Below, one piece after another: positions 26,006 to 37,416 of a stretch of 64,000 bases of DNA (the first letter of the stretch is position 1; the number at the start of each line of letters is the position of its first letter). Source of the DNA: Podarcis vaucheri (taxonomy: Eukaryota); the NCBI GenBank assembly GCA_965113315.1, contig OZ220371.1; one strand, written 5' to 3'. Under the pieces are notes generated by a model that did no database searches, was not told the origin of the DNA, and was given only the letters and a program-made list of their open reading frames with translations. The position numbers were made by a program, and so were the translations under genes.

Positions 26006-27584
26006 CTGTAGAGGTTAGTGGCTGCTTATTTTGTAATGTATATGGGGGACAAGCTAAGCAAATATGAACTTTGGTAGCTTTGCCACCCCATGTGAATATA
26101 TTCTCCTAAGTGAGCCCCATTGAAGTATCAGTTTTATTCATGCTCAGCTGCTATTCATTCTATCAAACCTCGAGCAGAAGTTCCTGTTGAGTTTTGTCTC
26201 TTTCCTTCCTTCGGTTGCTTCAGTATTTCCAAAATATCTAAAAGTTAAAGCACATTTTTCTGAACTAAAAGAGGAGGGCTGCTCCACCTTTAGCCGAAGA
26301 TGCTTGCTTTGTAAGAACCATCTACCTCCAGAGTAGATCAGCTACTGTGGTTTTTGCATGAGATGCACTGTTAGGCAGGGCTTTTGATTGGAAGAAGGAA
26401 GTCCAGCATCTCCATCTAGATAAAGCATCTGTTTGCAATTAGTGCCACCAAACCATTGCACTCTTGGATTCACCAGCGCTAATGATCAGCTGCTCATCAG
26501 AGCTCTGTGGGTTGTGTCTTTGTCAAACATGGCTTGGGGTGGTGGTGGGAGATAACAATCTGCCCCACTGGATACATCCACAGCTGCTCTGAGGTTTTGT
26601 GAGAAGATCAAAATGATCATTTTTAAGTCTCCTCCTGTTGCTGCTTGGCAAGATCAGGCCAAAGAACATGGGTGGGTCAGAAGGGTCAATATTGGAATGG
26701 CTGTATTGACGTTTGGGGTTCCTAACAGTTGCCCAAAGATGTGGAGTGCTGCTGTCACCACTATCTGTATCAAGGAGTGTTTAAATGCTCTGATGGCACC
26801 CAATAGAAGGAAGGAGCAGTCAATTGCAAGGAGCAATCAATCAGGTAGACACAGTGGGCTGCCTTACCTGTGGATGGGTATTGACAATATATTTTGATGA
26901 TTGAATTAGTTGCTTTTTTGAAGCACAGTGGTCTTACTGTGCCTTAGCACACAGTTTGGGAATTGCTTGGCCAACTGTATAGGCCATAAACTAACTTTGC
27001 CTGTTTTGAACTTCACAAACCCACATCTTCACTTGCCTACATCTGTTCCTAAGAATTAAGGCCACATTTGTGGGAGGTTTATTTTGGCAATATTTCCATT
27101 TTGATCTGCTTTTGTTTCCTCCTTGCTTTGAAGTGGCTTTGAAACACACACATACACACACAAGTGTTCTTTCCTTTCTTCCATTATTAAAAAAAGAGGC
27201 TGGCTTAATTTGCCTGGAGCACACTGAATCGTACAAAGCAGTAATGATCCAACCCAAGACTGAATATCTAATAAGCTGTCTTCAGCTCAGCCTGAAGTCT
27301 CCCCTATGTACGGGAATACAGTAATTAGCACACCTCTGTAGGAACCTGATTTCCTTAAAGGCATCTGTGTCTTCAACCTTTATTGATCAGTGAAGCAGTC
27401 TTAATTATTCTTTTCCCCCTTCTTGTTTGTACGTAGCTTGCAGCTGCTGCAGCAGCCATTAAGCAAGGCAATTAACATCTTTCTTTGTTATTTAGAAACT
27501 AAAAAAAGAGAGGAGAAAATATAGATCAGTGATTTTTCCATCACTTGTTTTCACTGAAAGCAAATCTGGTCATATGGGCTATGC

Positions 27585-27913
27585 TAGGGATGGGGACAGA
27601 ATTCAATTCAGTTTTGCACTTAAAGGTGAACCTACCTTAATTGCACTTCCTGAAACAATATACGAAACAAAACGCAACCATCTTTCCAAATTTTGCAGCC
27701 AAGTAACATCTACAGAAAGGCATATACTGTAGTCTGTGAAAAATGTTTCTGTTAGTGGGGGGGGAATACAAAAATGCATTGTATTAGGGGAAATGGCTCT
27801 GCATAAATTTGTGTATTATGGGAAATTCATTGATGAAGATTCTTGAGGGCTGTGGAGACCAGAACTTAAGACTGAAAGAAAAACAAAGAAACATTGAAAT
27901 TCGCCCCTTCCTA
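27585..27913 (+). mobile_element. Old hAT-Ac-like non-autonomous element, family E
   Basis: TAGGGATG...CTTCCTA ends; AT-rich body similar to the reverse complement of 43500-43909 and 54067-54482. Confidence 0.6.
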
Positions 27914-29471
27914 ATGGTACCACTGCAAGATTTATTTATTATTTATTTTATTTCATAAAATGTATGTACTCCTTGGTTGTAGAAAACTTCAAACCTACTT
28001 ACAAAAAGAATAAAACAATAGTATTTTATACAATAAAAAGCTTAAAACCGCCACACCTCACCAAAATAAATGAATAATAATAATCCCTAAAATGATTTTA
28101 TTCATGCATGGGATTCAAGTTATGGTTATGAGCTCCAGGACTGTCAACATAAATAAATAGAGAAACAGACTCAAGGGTCATTTTTTGTGTTCCTTCTAAA
28201 GCTATCAACATAAACATTAATTGGTCTAAGCCTGGCACATTTTCCTCAAACCCAGCAGAGGGTCAAGTAAGTGGAATATTAGTGAGAAATAAGGCCCAGC
28301 CTGATGAGCCAAGCATCCGGCCCTGATAAGACAGACACCCCTTTCTTCTGCTGTAGCTGTGTACATGCCTCAGCTTCTATGCATGTGTAAAACAAAGGCA
28401 AGGAAATGAGTCTATATAAGCCTGTGTAATCTATTGACTGTTGGAACTCACCTCAATGGCTTCTCTGATGCCCATTGCTCATTGGCAAATATAAATGCAT
28501 CAGCTATCCCCTGTGTTTTCCTAGAACGGTGGAAGCACTCAGCTAATGGTGCTTCCATGTGGCAGTTTACTGTAAACTTGGTGCTGATCATGTATGCAAG
28601 TTTTGTGCTGTGTCCATACTTGATATTGTCCTCATCAAAATACTGGCATCGTTGAATCTGGATTTACCATTTCTGTGCATTTCTCATCTCCCAGATTTTT
28701 CCATGGAAATGGTAAATCTGGTTAACAAGATGGTTTTTGACAACAATAAACATGTGCTAAAACAAACCATCAGCTAAACTTTTGGAATCCTTAAACACCT
28801 GAGAAAACACTTTTGTCTAGCCACTGAAAGAAAAAAAATATTGGCACCAGGCAAGCATCCCTAGAGAGGTCCTCCAAAATTGGGGTGTCTCCATCCAAAA
28901 AGTTGAGGTGGAGTCAGTGAGAGGAAATCAACTCTTGTTAAGTACATAGTTATAAGTAATAGCAGTGCTTAATTTCGCTAACAAGTGTCCAATTTGCATT
29001 CTTCTTGCATACAAAACTGTGACTTGAAGATAACGTTCCCCTACTCACTTTTTTAAAACCAACTTGCAATTTATTTTCATAGTGATTTTGCATCCATTAG
29101 GTTTCTTTGTACTGTATAATTGATGCATAAACTATGACCCCTCACATGAACATGCAGCTCAGACTTCACTTACTCCCCAGGCATTTAGAGATATAAAACT
29201 TTCTCCAGCACCAGCCAGCCTTATGAACCAACTCACGTCTTCCTTGAAGATAGGCTTGTACATACTGTGACACTTGGAAGCTGTCTTCTAACTTGGTGGA
29301 TCATGTGTGAAGTACAAGAAGCCCCCCCCCCACTGCATCTGTTGGGGGAAGAATGTGCTGATCGGCTACTGGATCTTAAAAACCTATTGAAAAGGAAGCA
29401 ATGCTTGATTGTGATTCACAAAAGAGATGGGGTTAAAGATTACAACAGAAAAAGAAATATGCCTTATCAAA

Positions 29472-29657
29472 GAGGGGGGGAACTTGAATAAATATTGGGG
29501 GGGGCAGGTAAGCTCTGTCCCCATAATTGATCACATAACACAGTGCACACACAGCATTTGAATGACAATGCCCATCACCTTTGGTGGGGCCCGGAGCCCT
29601 CAAATATTTTATTGGGTTGGCCAAAGGGTCCTCAGCCCCTAGGAGTTGACTCCTATG
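29472..29657 (-). mobile_element. hAT MITE, family B
   Basis: Reverse copy of 8858; perfect 8-bp TSD TTATCAAA. Confidence 0.85.
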
Positions 29658-29697
29658 TTATCAAAACATGGCAATAAGGGAATATTTAATATAATTA

Positions 29698-29917
29698 CAG
29701 TGGTACCTCAGGTTAAGAACTTAATTTGTTCTGGAGGTCCGTTCTTAACCTGAAACTGTTCTTAACCTGAGGTACCACTTTAGCTAATGGGGCCTCCTGC
29801 TGCCGCCGCACGATTTCTGAGGTAAAGTTCTTAACCCGAGGTACTATTTCTGGGTTAGCAGAGTCTGTAACCTGAAGTGTCCGTAACCTGAAGCGTCTGT
29901 AACCTGAGGTACCACTG
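29698..29917 (-). mobile_element. pogo/Tigger-like MITE, family A
   Basis: TIRs CAGTGGTACCTCAGGTTA / TAACCTGAGGTACCACTG; TA TSD. Confidence 0.92.
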
Positions 29918-32814
29918 TATAACTTTTGGTTCCATGCTAAAATATAGTCCACAGAAATGCAGCTCCCATTACAGCAAGGCTGACGAACCTGTAAAGGAGT
30001 GGACCTTGGCATCTCAAACTACAGTGGCATCCTGTGTGATGCCAAAATCCAAAATGTGCAGCCCACCTCTCGCCTTCCATTGCAGCGCCTGCTGTGACAC
30101 CCCAGAATCTCCATGCCCATTGTGACTGAACTGGTCATTCTCCCCTAGATTCACCTTTGAAGTGTATCTGGGTAATATCACATCAGTTTGCCAATGGGGA
30201 GTCTTATAACAATAGAATGCTACCTCACAGAATAAAATCCCCTTGATAAAGAAAGCTAAATTTCAGGGAGAAGCAAGTTCATCTAGCTTTGCCTTCATTC
30301 TAGTTTTCTGCGTGCAGGGGTTTATTTTATTTTATGGTATGAATCATTCAGTTGCATGAGCCCACAGTTACAGCCCAAAGAGCCACAGCCTTAGGCTTCG
30401 TATTTTTCTTTTGGAGTAAATCTTTGAGACTGAAAAGAAGCAGAGATGAAAAGGCATGGGGTGGAGCCAAGAGTGAATAAACAGTTTGGTCTGAGGATGA
30501 AAGGGACAGGGAGCCCTCTCGTACCTTGTGCCCAAGGGCTCCCAGAAGTCTGGAGCCATCCCAGAGCCCAATGATACCCAGGGGCTAAAGGCAGAAGGAG
30601 ATTTAGAGGAGCACGACCAGGTTCAGTTGCACTGGGTGCCAAGCCTTGGGAGCGCCGCAGGGGATTCCACAACTATGATTTCGAATGGAGCATGAGAACT
30701 GGGTGTGTGCATGCTGAATTTTGGTATTGCACAGGGCGCCACTAAAATTTGAGACCCCAAGGTACTCCTGGCATGAGAAGTAGAAGAGTGATAGAACATT
30801 TAGAACCTACAAATACTGAAAGCGCACAGAATTACCAAGGCTCAACAATGTATGCAACTGGGAGCATAAACTCCCTTATTCCAAATCGTAGGAGCCTTCT
30901 TCACCACATTTTCATTTATTTCCCTGAAAGAGTTTATTACCCTCTGAAGAACAAAAATGGAGGAAGCTAAATGGCTGAAAATGTAGGTATGTAATGTAAG
31001 AATAATGATATTATTTCCCCTTCCTTCAGTAGAAAGAAACTGATACATCACTAACAGTAATCTCTTAGTGCACATCATTTTAGTGATATGAGAAACCAAC
31101 CAGATTTATCCTGCAAAAGACGTCTTTAAAGTTAATAGTTTTTCTTCCATATTACATTATGTTTCACAACACCTGTTAGCAGGATGAGAATAAAATGCTG
31201 ATTCAGCTTTCCCTTTTAAGTGTTTAAAGTCCTTTCTCCTGTGAATGCCATACCCCAAGCAACAATTTTGCCTTTTCTGCAAGCAAGCTGTAATGTCCGG
31301 TCACCTTGGAAACAGAAGTGAGAATAATTTGGTATTTACTAGGGCTGTGAATGGACCTTCCAATCCACCTTGTGAACCTTGGTATTCCGGGTGAGCCACC
31401 CTGTGCTGCCCGGGGGCCATTGCATCCCAGATCTGTCCCCAAAACAATTTGGAGGTGACACTAAGGGGATATTTTGGGGGTTCTGAACTATGAAAACCCC
31501 TTTTAAAAGGTTGGATGGTGCACAGCACTTCACAGGAACAGAGCCTCTCACTTAATAGCTGTTGAGGATTTGATCTTGTGTGGTGATAGCCTCTGCTCCT
31601 TCCTGTCACGATTCTGTGCATTTAAGTGCTGTTGTTTTTAAAACAGAGCTTTACACCACAACAGGCATTATATCCCCAAAGTCACCATAGCCTTGCCAGG
31701 CAATCGGGCAACTGTGGCATCTCTGCTTTCTAAAGTAAGGGACATTAATGTAGAGTTAGCTTTGCCTAATTATTTGAATCAGAGGTCGAGCTGACACTGT
31801 GAAATGCATTGCTGGCATTTCATTTTCATTTGTTTCAATTTTTTTAGCCTTTCAAGTAAAACCACTGATGGCAAGGAGGATTAATTTAATCTCCATTATT
31901 AATAAACAAGTCAGACATGTCATAAAGGCACCAAATGTGGTCCAATACAATGTCTGCCTTGTGTTCGGATACAATAATTCAGAAAGAAGTACATGGGGGT
32001 GGAAGACGACCAGTGAGCAATTTTCTACAATGCAGAGCCTTAATACCTTCTTGACATTAAAGAAACATCTATGGCTGTGGTATTGTAGGGAGAAAATAAC
32101 AAAGACGCTTTTAAAGCCACGTTTTCTTTTTAAAGCATTTGACATTTGAAAATCCTTTTGAAATTCTGAGAGGTCCACAAGTGGGATGCTCATTTGAATC
32201 CCTGACTACAACAGACATAAATGACTTTGTTTTTGCCAGCTCTTGTGCTTTTCCCACTAAATCTTCATGACCAACAGTGAGGTAAATTCCTGTCTAGTGG
32301 TCAGTAAGAAATACAGTGGTCAGTGGGGTTGGTTAACTTTCATAGGGTTTCTGAATTGGATGACGTGGGGAAAACAATTCATATTCCAAGGCTGAGCTCC
32401 TAAGTGGAGACAGTTGCTAGCTAATCCAAGCCCAAGCAGAGATAGTCAGAAGTGACTGATGTCAGAGTTGATTCCAAAATGATCTCTCAGACCGTCTGTC
32501 TTGGCCGCTTGTCTCCTTCCAACAGGCAGAGAAGGGAGCGAGAAGATCAATGGTTATAAACAATGTAGAATCAGCCAATTTCACCTCAAAAAGAATAAGC
32601 TCTCACCAGCTGCTAAGCATGGCACTGTTTCTAAGATGTGCTTAAATTAGTTAATTAATTGCAAAAAGAATGCTCACTGCTCCACAGTGGAGTTTGATAG
32701 TTTTTCATATTATTTTAGAAGTTTTTTGAGTTCAAGTTAGTGACATTCTCAAAAACAAAAAAAAAGTTTCCAAGATGGCTTCATGGGAGATTATGATGAT
32801 AATTGGTCAGGGCA

Positions 32815-34047
32815 ATCACTTGTGCTCTGGACCCTTTCCCTCTTGGCCAGGGGTCCCCAAACTAAGGCCCATGGGCCGGATAAGGCCCGAGGGACTCGTT
32901 TATCCAGCCTGTGGCAACCCCCACCGCCCGCTGCCACAGCCTGCTCTTACCAGCGCTGTGCTACAGCTTCCCACTTCCAGGTTGGAGGAGCACCAGAAAT
33001 AGCTTGTGCGCATGTGCAAGCGTTATTTGCGCATGTGCAAGTGTTATTTCCGGTGCCCATCCGGGTCGGAGGAGGTCCATGCACATGTGCACAAGCTATT
33101 TCCAGTGCTCCTCTGACCCGGAAGAGTGCCAGAAATAGTGTGTGTGCATGGGCATGTACTCCCCTGCCCTCCAGCCCGCCGCACGATCAACGCTGGAGAC
33201 GCTACCCAAAGTGCAGTAAGTTTGCTGACCCCTGCTCTTGGCTGGTAAAAATGAGCAGGGAGGGAATAGCTGGCTGGGCCAGGGATGTGATAAATGTCTC
33301 TGTGTGAGAGGGGGTGGCCCCTGCCTGCTTGGAGGAGACAGTGGTAAAACCACTCCTCAAAAAACTCTCCCTGTATTATTCAGAATATTTAAGTAATTAC
33401 CTGCTAATTTTCTCTCTTGAGTGGGTAGTTGTAGACCAGATGCAGAAGCTCTTGGAAGAAACTGATTTTCTAGATTCACTTCAGTCAGGATTTAGGCCCA
33501 GTTTTGGCACAGAAGTTACTTTGGCCACCCTGTATGATGACCTCTATTGGGAGAGATGGGGGAAATGTGTCCTTGTTGATTCTCCTCAACTTCTCAAGGG
33601 CTTTGGGTACCATCAACCAGGGTATCCTTTTGGAGCAGCTGTCTCTGTTAGGGATTTGCCACTCCTCCCTACTTGGACGGTTGCTTCCAGAAGGTAATGT
33701 TTGGGGAGTGCTCTTCAGCCTCATGGAGCCTTCAGTATGGAGTTCCACAGGGTTCCGTTTTATGCCCTATGCTGTTTAACATCTACATGAAACTTCTGTG
33801 TGGGGTTATCCAGAGTTTTAGAGTATGTTGTCATCAATATGCTGCTGACACATAGCTCTACTTCTCCTTGATATTCAGGTGTGCAAGTGGATATACTGTC
33901 TTGTCTTGCCTCAGTATTGGACTGGATGAGAGCCAACAAACTAAAGCTCAATCCAGGTAAGACTGGGGCACTATTAGTTGTTGGTTCCCTAGACTGCATG
34001 GAAAGGAGGTGGTTTGCTTTTGATGAAGTTACACTCCCTCTGAAGTC
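32815..34047 (+). mobile_element. L2 LINE ORF2 reverse-transcriptase fragment (frameshifted), interrupted by a MITE
   Basis: Motifs TCALDPFPSWLVK, VVKPLLKK, QSGFRPSFGTE, YGVPQGSVLCPMLFNIYM, HQYAADT (YADD-like) and WMRANKLKLNPGKT across frames. Confidence 0.92.
32848..33234. mobile_element. hAT-Charlie-like MITE inserted in the L2
   Basis: TIRs CAGGGGTCCCCAAACT / AGTTTGCTGACCCCTG; perfect TSD CTCTTGGC. Confidence 0.92.
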
Positions 34048-35659
34048 TGAAATATTGTACTGTTTCTTTCAGGATTGATAGGCTCACTCCATGAACCCAG
34101 CGCTCCCACATACACCTAAAAAAAAGCTGGCTAGTAGTGTGCTGGACCAAACATTTTTGCAAGAATGTCAGAGGTAGGAAAATAGGTTGTCATTATGACT
34201 AGCATCCTAACACTACTAAGAAGGGGAAATGGGATAAATTGTAGTAAGGGATAAACTATTTCTCATCTGAGTTTTATATTATAATGTAATAGAGATTTGT
34301 TTTGTTCACTTGAGCATTCAAGGTGGGCAGTCAAAGGATTCCTGTATCGTATAAAATCTTCCCTGCTTTGCTTCCATCTGAGTGTCAGAGATAAGAAACC
34401 TAAATGTCATTTTAATCTGTCTTGGGTTCATTTGTCCCTCCCTCTTTTTCTTTAATATATAAAAAGTCTGTGCAGTACCAAATAAAATGTCCCAATGCAA
34501 GTATTTAATTTAAATATGAAATTGATGATAAACTCCTCTCTTAGTCTATTCAATGATCATCTTAGTTTGGCAAACTAATCAGCAGTATATTTTAGAAAGC
34601 CAGAATTTTCTTCCGATGTGCTGGGAAAATGTGTGAAATAACAGAAGATTAGGAAAATGCTAAACTTTTAAGATGTCAAAAGCAAAAGTAGAATGTAGCA
34701 AGTAATTATAACCATTTCAATCCTAAACCCTCTCCTAGAACTTAGAGCAAGGATAGTTAACATGGTCCCCCTCAGTTGTGGACTACAACTTCCATAAGCC
34801 TTAGCCAGCATGATGTGAACTGTAGTGCACCTGATTAAAATTTCAGGTTCTTATATTTGTTGTCTTAATTCCTTATAATGCAGCACTAAATCCATATATT
34901 CTCATGGAAAGGGTGTTGGCTTTAGGAATTTCATGTTTAATTCCAAGCCAGCTCATGGATTTTCCAGATCAGTAGTCTTTGCACAGTGGTTTTGCAACCT
35001 GCACTTGAGTTCTGTTCTGACTTTGAGTCATCACAGATATCTTTTATTAAGTGAAGATGAAAAAAGCAGAAAGAGGGAAAGAGAAAGCTGAGCAAAGAAA
35101 AAGCAGACTGACAAAGAGAAAGAGTGGGAGAGGAGAGGGTGTGCAAATAAAGGTCAAAACAATGTATATGATAAACTTATTATAGGTTGGGAATGGAATT
35201 AGAGGTTGTTATGAAATCTGTACATGTTAAAGGCACCTGTAGTTGTGTGACCTTGAGCTTGTATTTCAGCTGTTTACATGAACGAATGTAATCAAGCATG
35301 AACATCACATCAACATATGCTTCCTGGTGCTAATGGGGGCCATATACTTGGAGCCCACAAGGTTGCCCTGAAGAGAACATGGGCACTAAAAGGTTGCCTA
35401 CCCCTACTCTATATAACCACGGGTTCAGCAGTACCATATTTTTATGGGTGAGAAGGGACATCATATTTGAAGGGCAGAAATGGGAATTGGGGCAGGAAAG
35501 TACCGTGGAAAAGAAGTGAGTGAAATGAGATTTCTGGACTGATGGATAGGCTGCTAAATTCCCTATATCAAGCAGATGTGAAGTCATATGCATGATGACT
35601 GTTCCTTTGTCAGAGGACTCTAGCAGCATAAAGGAAGTGTATGTGTGGAGCTGTAGACT

Positions 35660-36012
35660 AAGCTGTTGGACTATGCTGAAATGGCAAAACAGACTGGAAA
35701 GCTCAGGGACCAAGAAGACAAGAAATTCAAGAAAGAATGGGAAAACTTTACAATTTATTTAGGAGACCACTGTAAGCAGATGAAAACGTTAGCAGGATTT
35801 TAATCTCACTTGTAATGTAACAAATAGTAAGGACCATACGGACAGATATAAAATATAGATTACAAAATACAGTAATATGCAGTTGAAACTGTTGACAATG
35901 GGACCCATGGAGGGGATGGTGGGGAAGTATCAAGATCCAGAGTAATCTCTTTATATGGATGTGCATTTGGTATGGTTATAAATTTATATTTGTAAAATCA
36001 AATAAAAATGAT
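35660..36012 (+). mobile_element. L1-like LINE 3' end
   Basis: ORF2 C-terminal-like KFKKEWENFTIYL, G-rich 3' UTR and AATAAA. Confidence 0.65.
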
Positions 36013-36399
36013 TTCAGAGAGAGAGAGAACCATCTTCTAGCGAATATGTCTTTGACTGAAGAAAGAAAATCCAAGTTACTCCCATTTGGTTATGAAAATT
36101 ATGCATATACGATGCAACACTTCGGAGGCGTATTTTTCTATTTTGCAGTGACACATTCACAGCTGACAGGTTTTTCTCCCCACGGGCATCTACATCTCGC
36201 ATCTGTGTCTTCCACTCCCCAAGATATTTATGTAAAGCCATTAGAGAATAAACACAGTGTTGGTGTAGTGACATATGATGACTGTGGTATCTTTTAACTA
36301 ACATGCTTCTGCTGGTTCCTGCCTTTTGAAACTGGGATCTTAAGCCGGAGATGCACAAGTCCCTTGGAGTCAGGAGGCTCATTTATTCTTGATCTACCT

Positions 36400-37350
36400 T
36401 GATGCACAACTGAACTGCGGCGACCTCACCTCAAAATGGATGTTGCAGTTTGGAAAGGTCTCAGAAAAGGGCAAGCTAAATTATCAAGGGGGTGGAGTGA
36501 CGCCCTTATGAAAAGAAAGGTTGCAGTATTTGGGACGTCTTAGTTTAGAGGGAAGGCAAGTAAGAGGTGACACGATAGAAGTTTACAAAATTATGCATGG
36601 GGTGAAGAATGGGGATGGAGAACAGTTTTTCCTCCCTCTCTCATAACATTAGAACCTGTGGACATCCAATGAAGCTGAGTGTTGGAGGACTGAGGACAGA
36701 TAAAATAAAGTCCTTCTTATGGAAGTCACTCCCAGAGGACGCAGTATTGGCCACCAACTTGGATGGCCTTAAAAGAAAATTATGGAGGAGGAGGAGGAGG
36801 AGTTTGGATTTGATATCCTGCTTTATCACTACCTTCAGGAGTCTCAAAGCGGCTAACATTCTCCTTTCCCCTCCTCCCCCACAACAAACACTCTGTGAGG
36901 TGAGTGAGGCTGAGAGACTTCAGAGAAGTGTGACTGGCCCAAGGTCACCCAGCAGCTGCATGTGGAGGAGCAGAGACGCGAACCCGGTTCACCAGATTAC
37001 AAGACAACCGCTCTTAACCACTACACCACACTGGCTCTCCAGTTGTGAGAGAGTTATAAGTTATGAGGCCAACAAACAAGCACCCTGTTCAGAAAATGGC
37101 TACACCACACTGGCTCTCAGAAGGCCATTAGTGGCTACCCACCATGATGGCTGTGCTCTGCCTCCACAGTTGGTGGCAGGAATGCTTCTGAATACCAGTT
37201 GCTGGACACCACAGGAGGGTGGGGAGAGTTCTACTGTACCTGAATCCAGCTTGCAGGTTTCTTACAGGCATCTGGTTGGCCACTGTGAGAACAGGATGAT
37301 GGACTTGATGGGCCAGTGGCATAATTCAGAAGGCTCTTCTTATATTCTTA
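36400..37350 (+). mobile_element. Old CR1 LINE 3' portion, interrupted by a SINE at 36784-37118
   Basis: Degenerate ORF2 C-terminus (RGDTIEVYKIMHG, TCGHPMKL, LWKSLPED); 3' UTR ending TTCTTATATTCTTA. Confidence 0.85.
36784..37118 (-). mobile_element. Squam3-like SINE (36784-37040) with 5' leader and a duplicated head fragment
   Basis: Full SINE, leader at 37041-37099, 19-bp head repeat at 37100-37118. Confidence 0.9.
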
Positions 37351-37369
37351 CCTGCTGTGCATACATCAG

Positions 37370-37372
<3 letters not shown>

Positions 37373-37414
<42 letters not shown>
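37373..37414. repeat. (GT)n microsatellite
   Basis: Directly visible. Confidence 0.98.

Positions 37415-37416
<2 letters not shown>

Noticed and set aside
28452-28660. Open frame on both strands with a minus-strand GAG|GTGAGT donor
   Set aside because: No polypyrimidine acceptor and the peptide is unrecognised.
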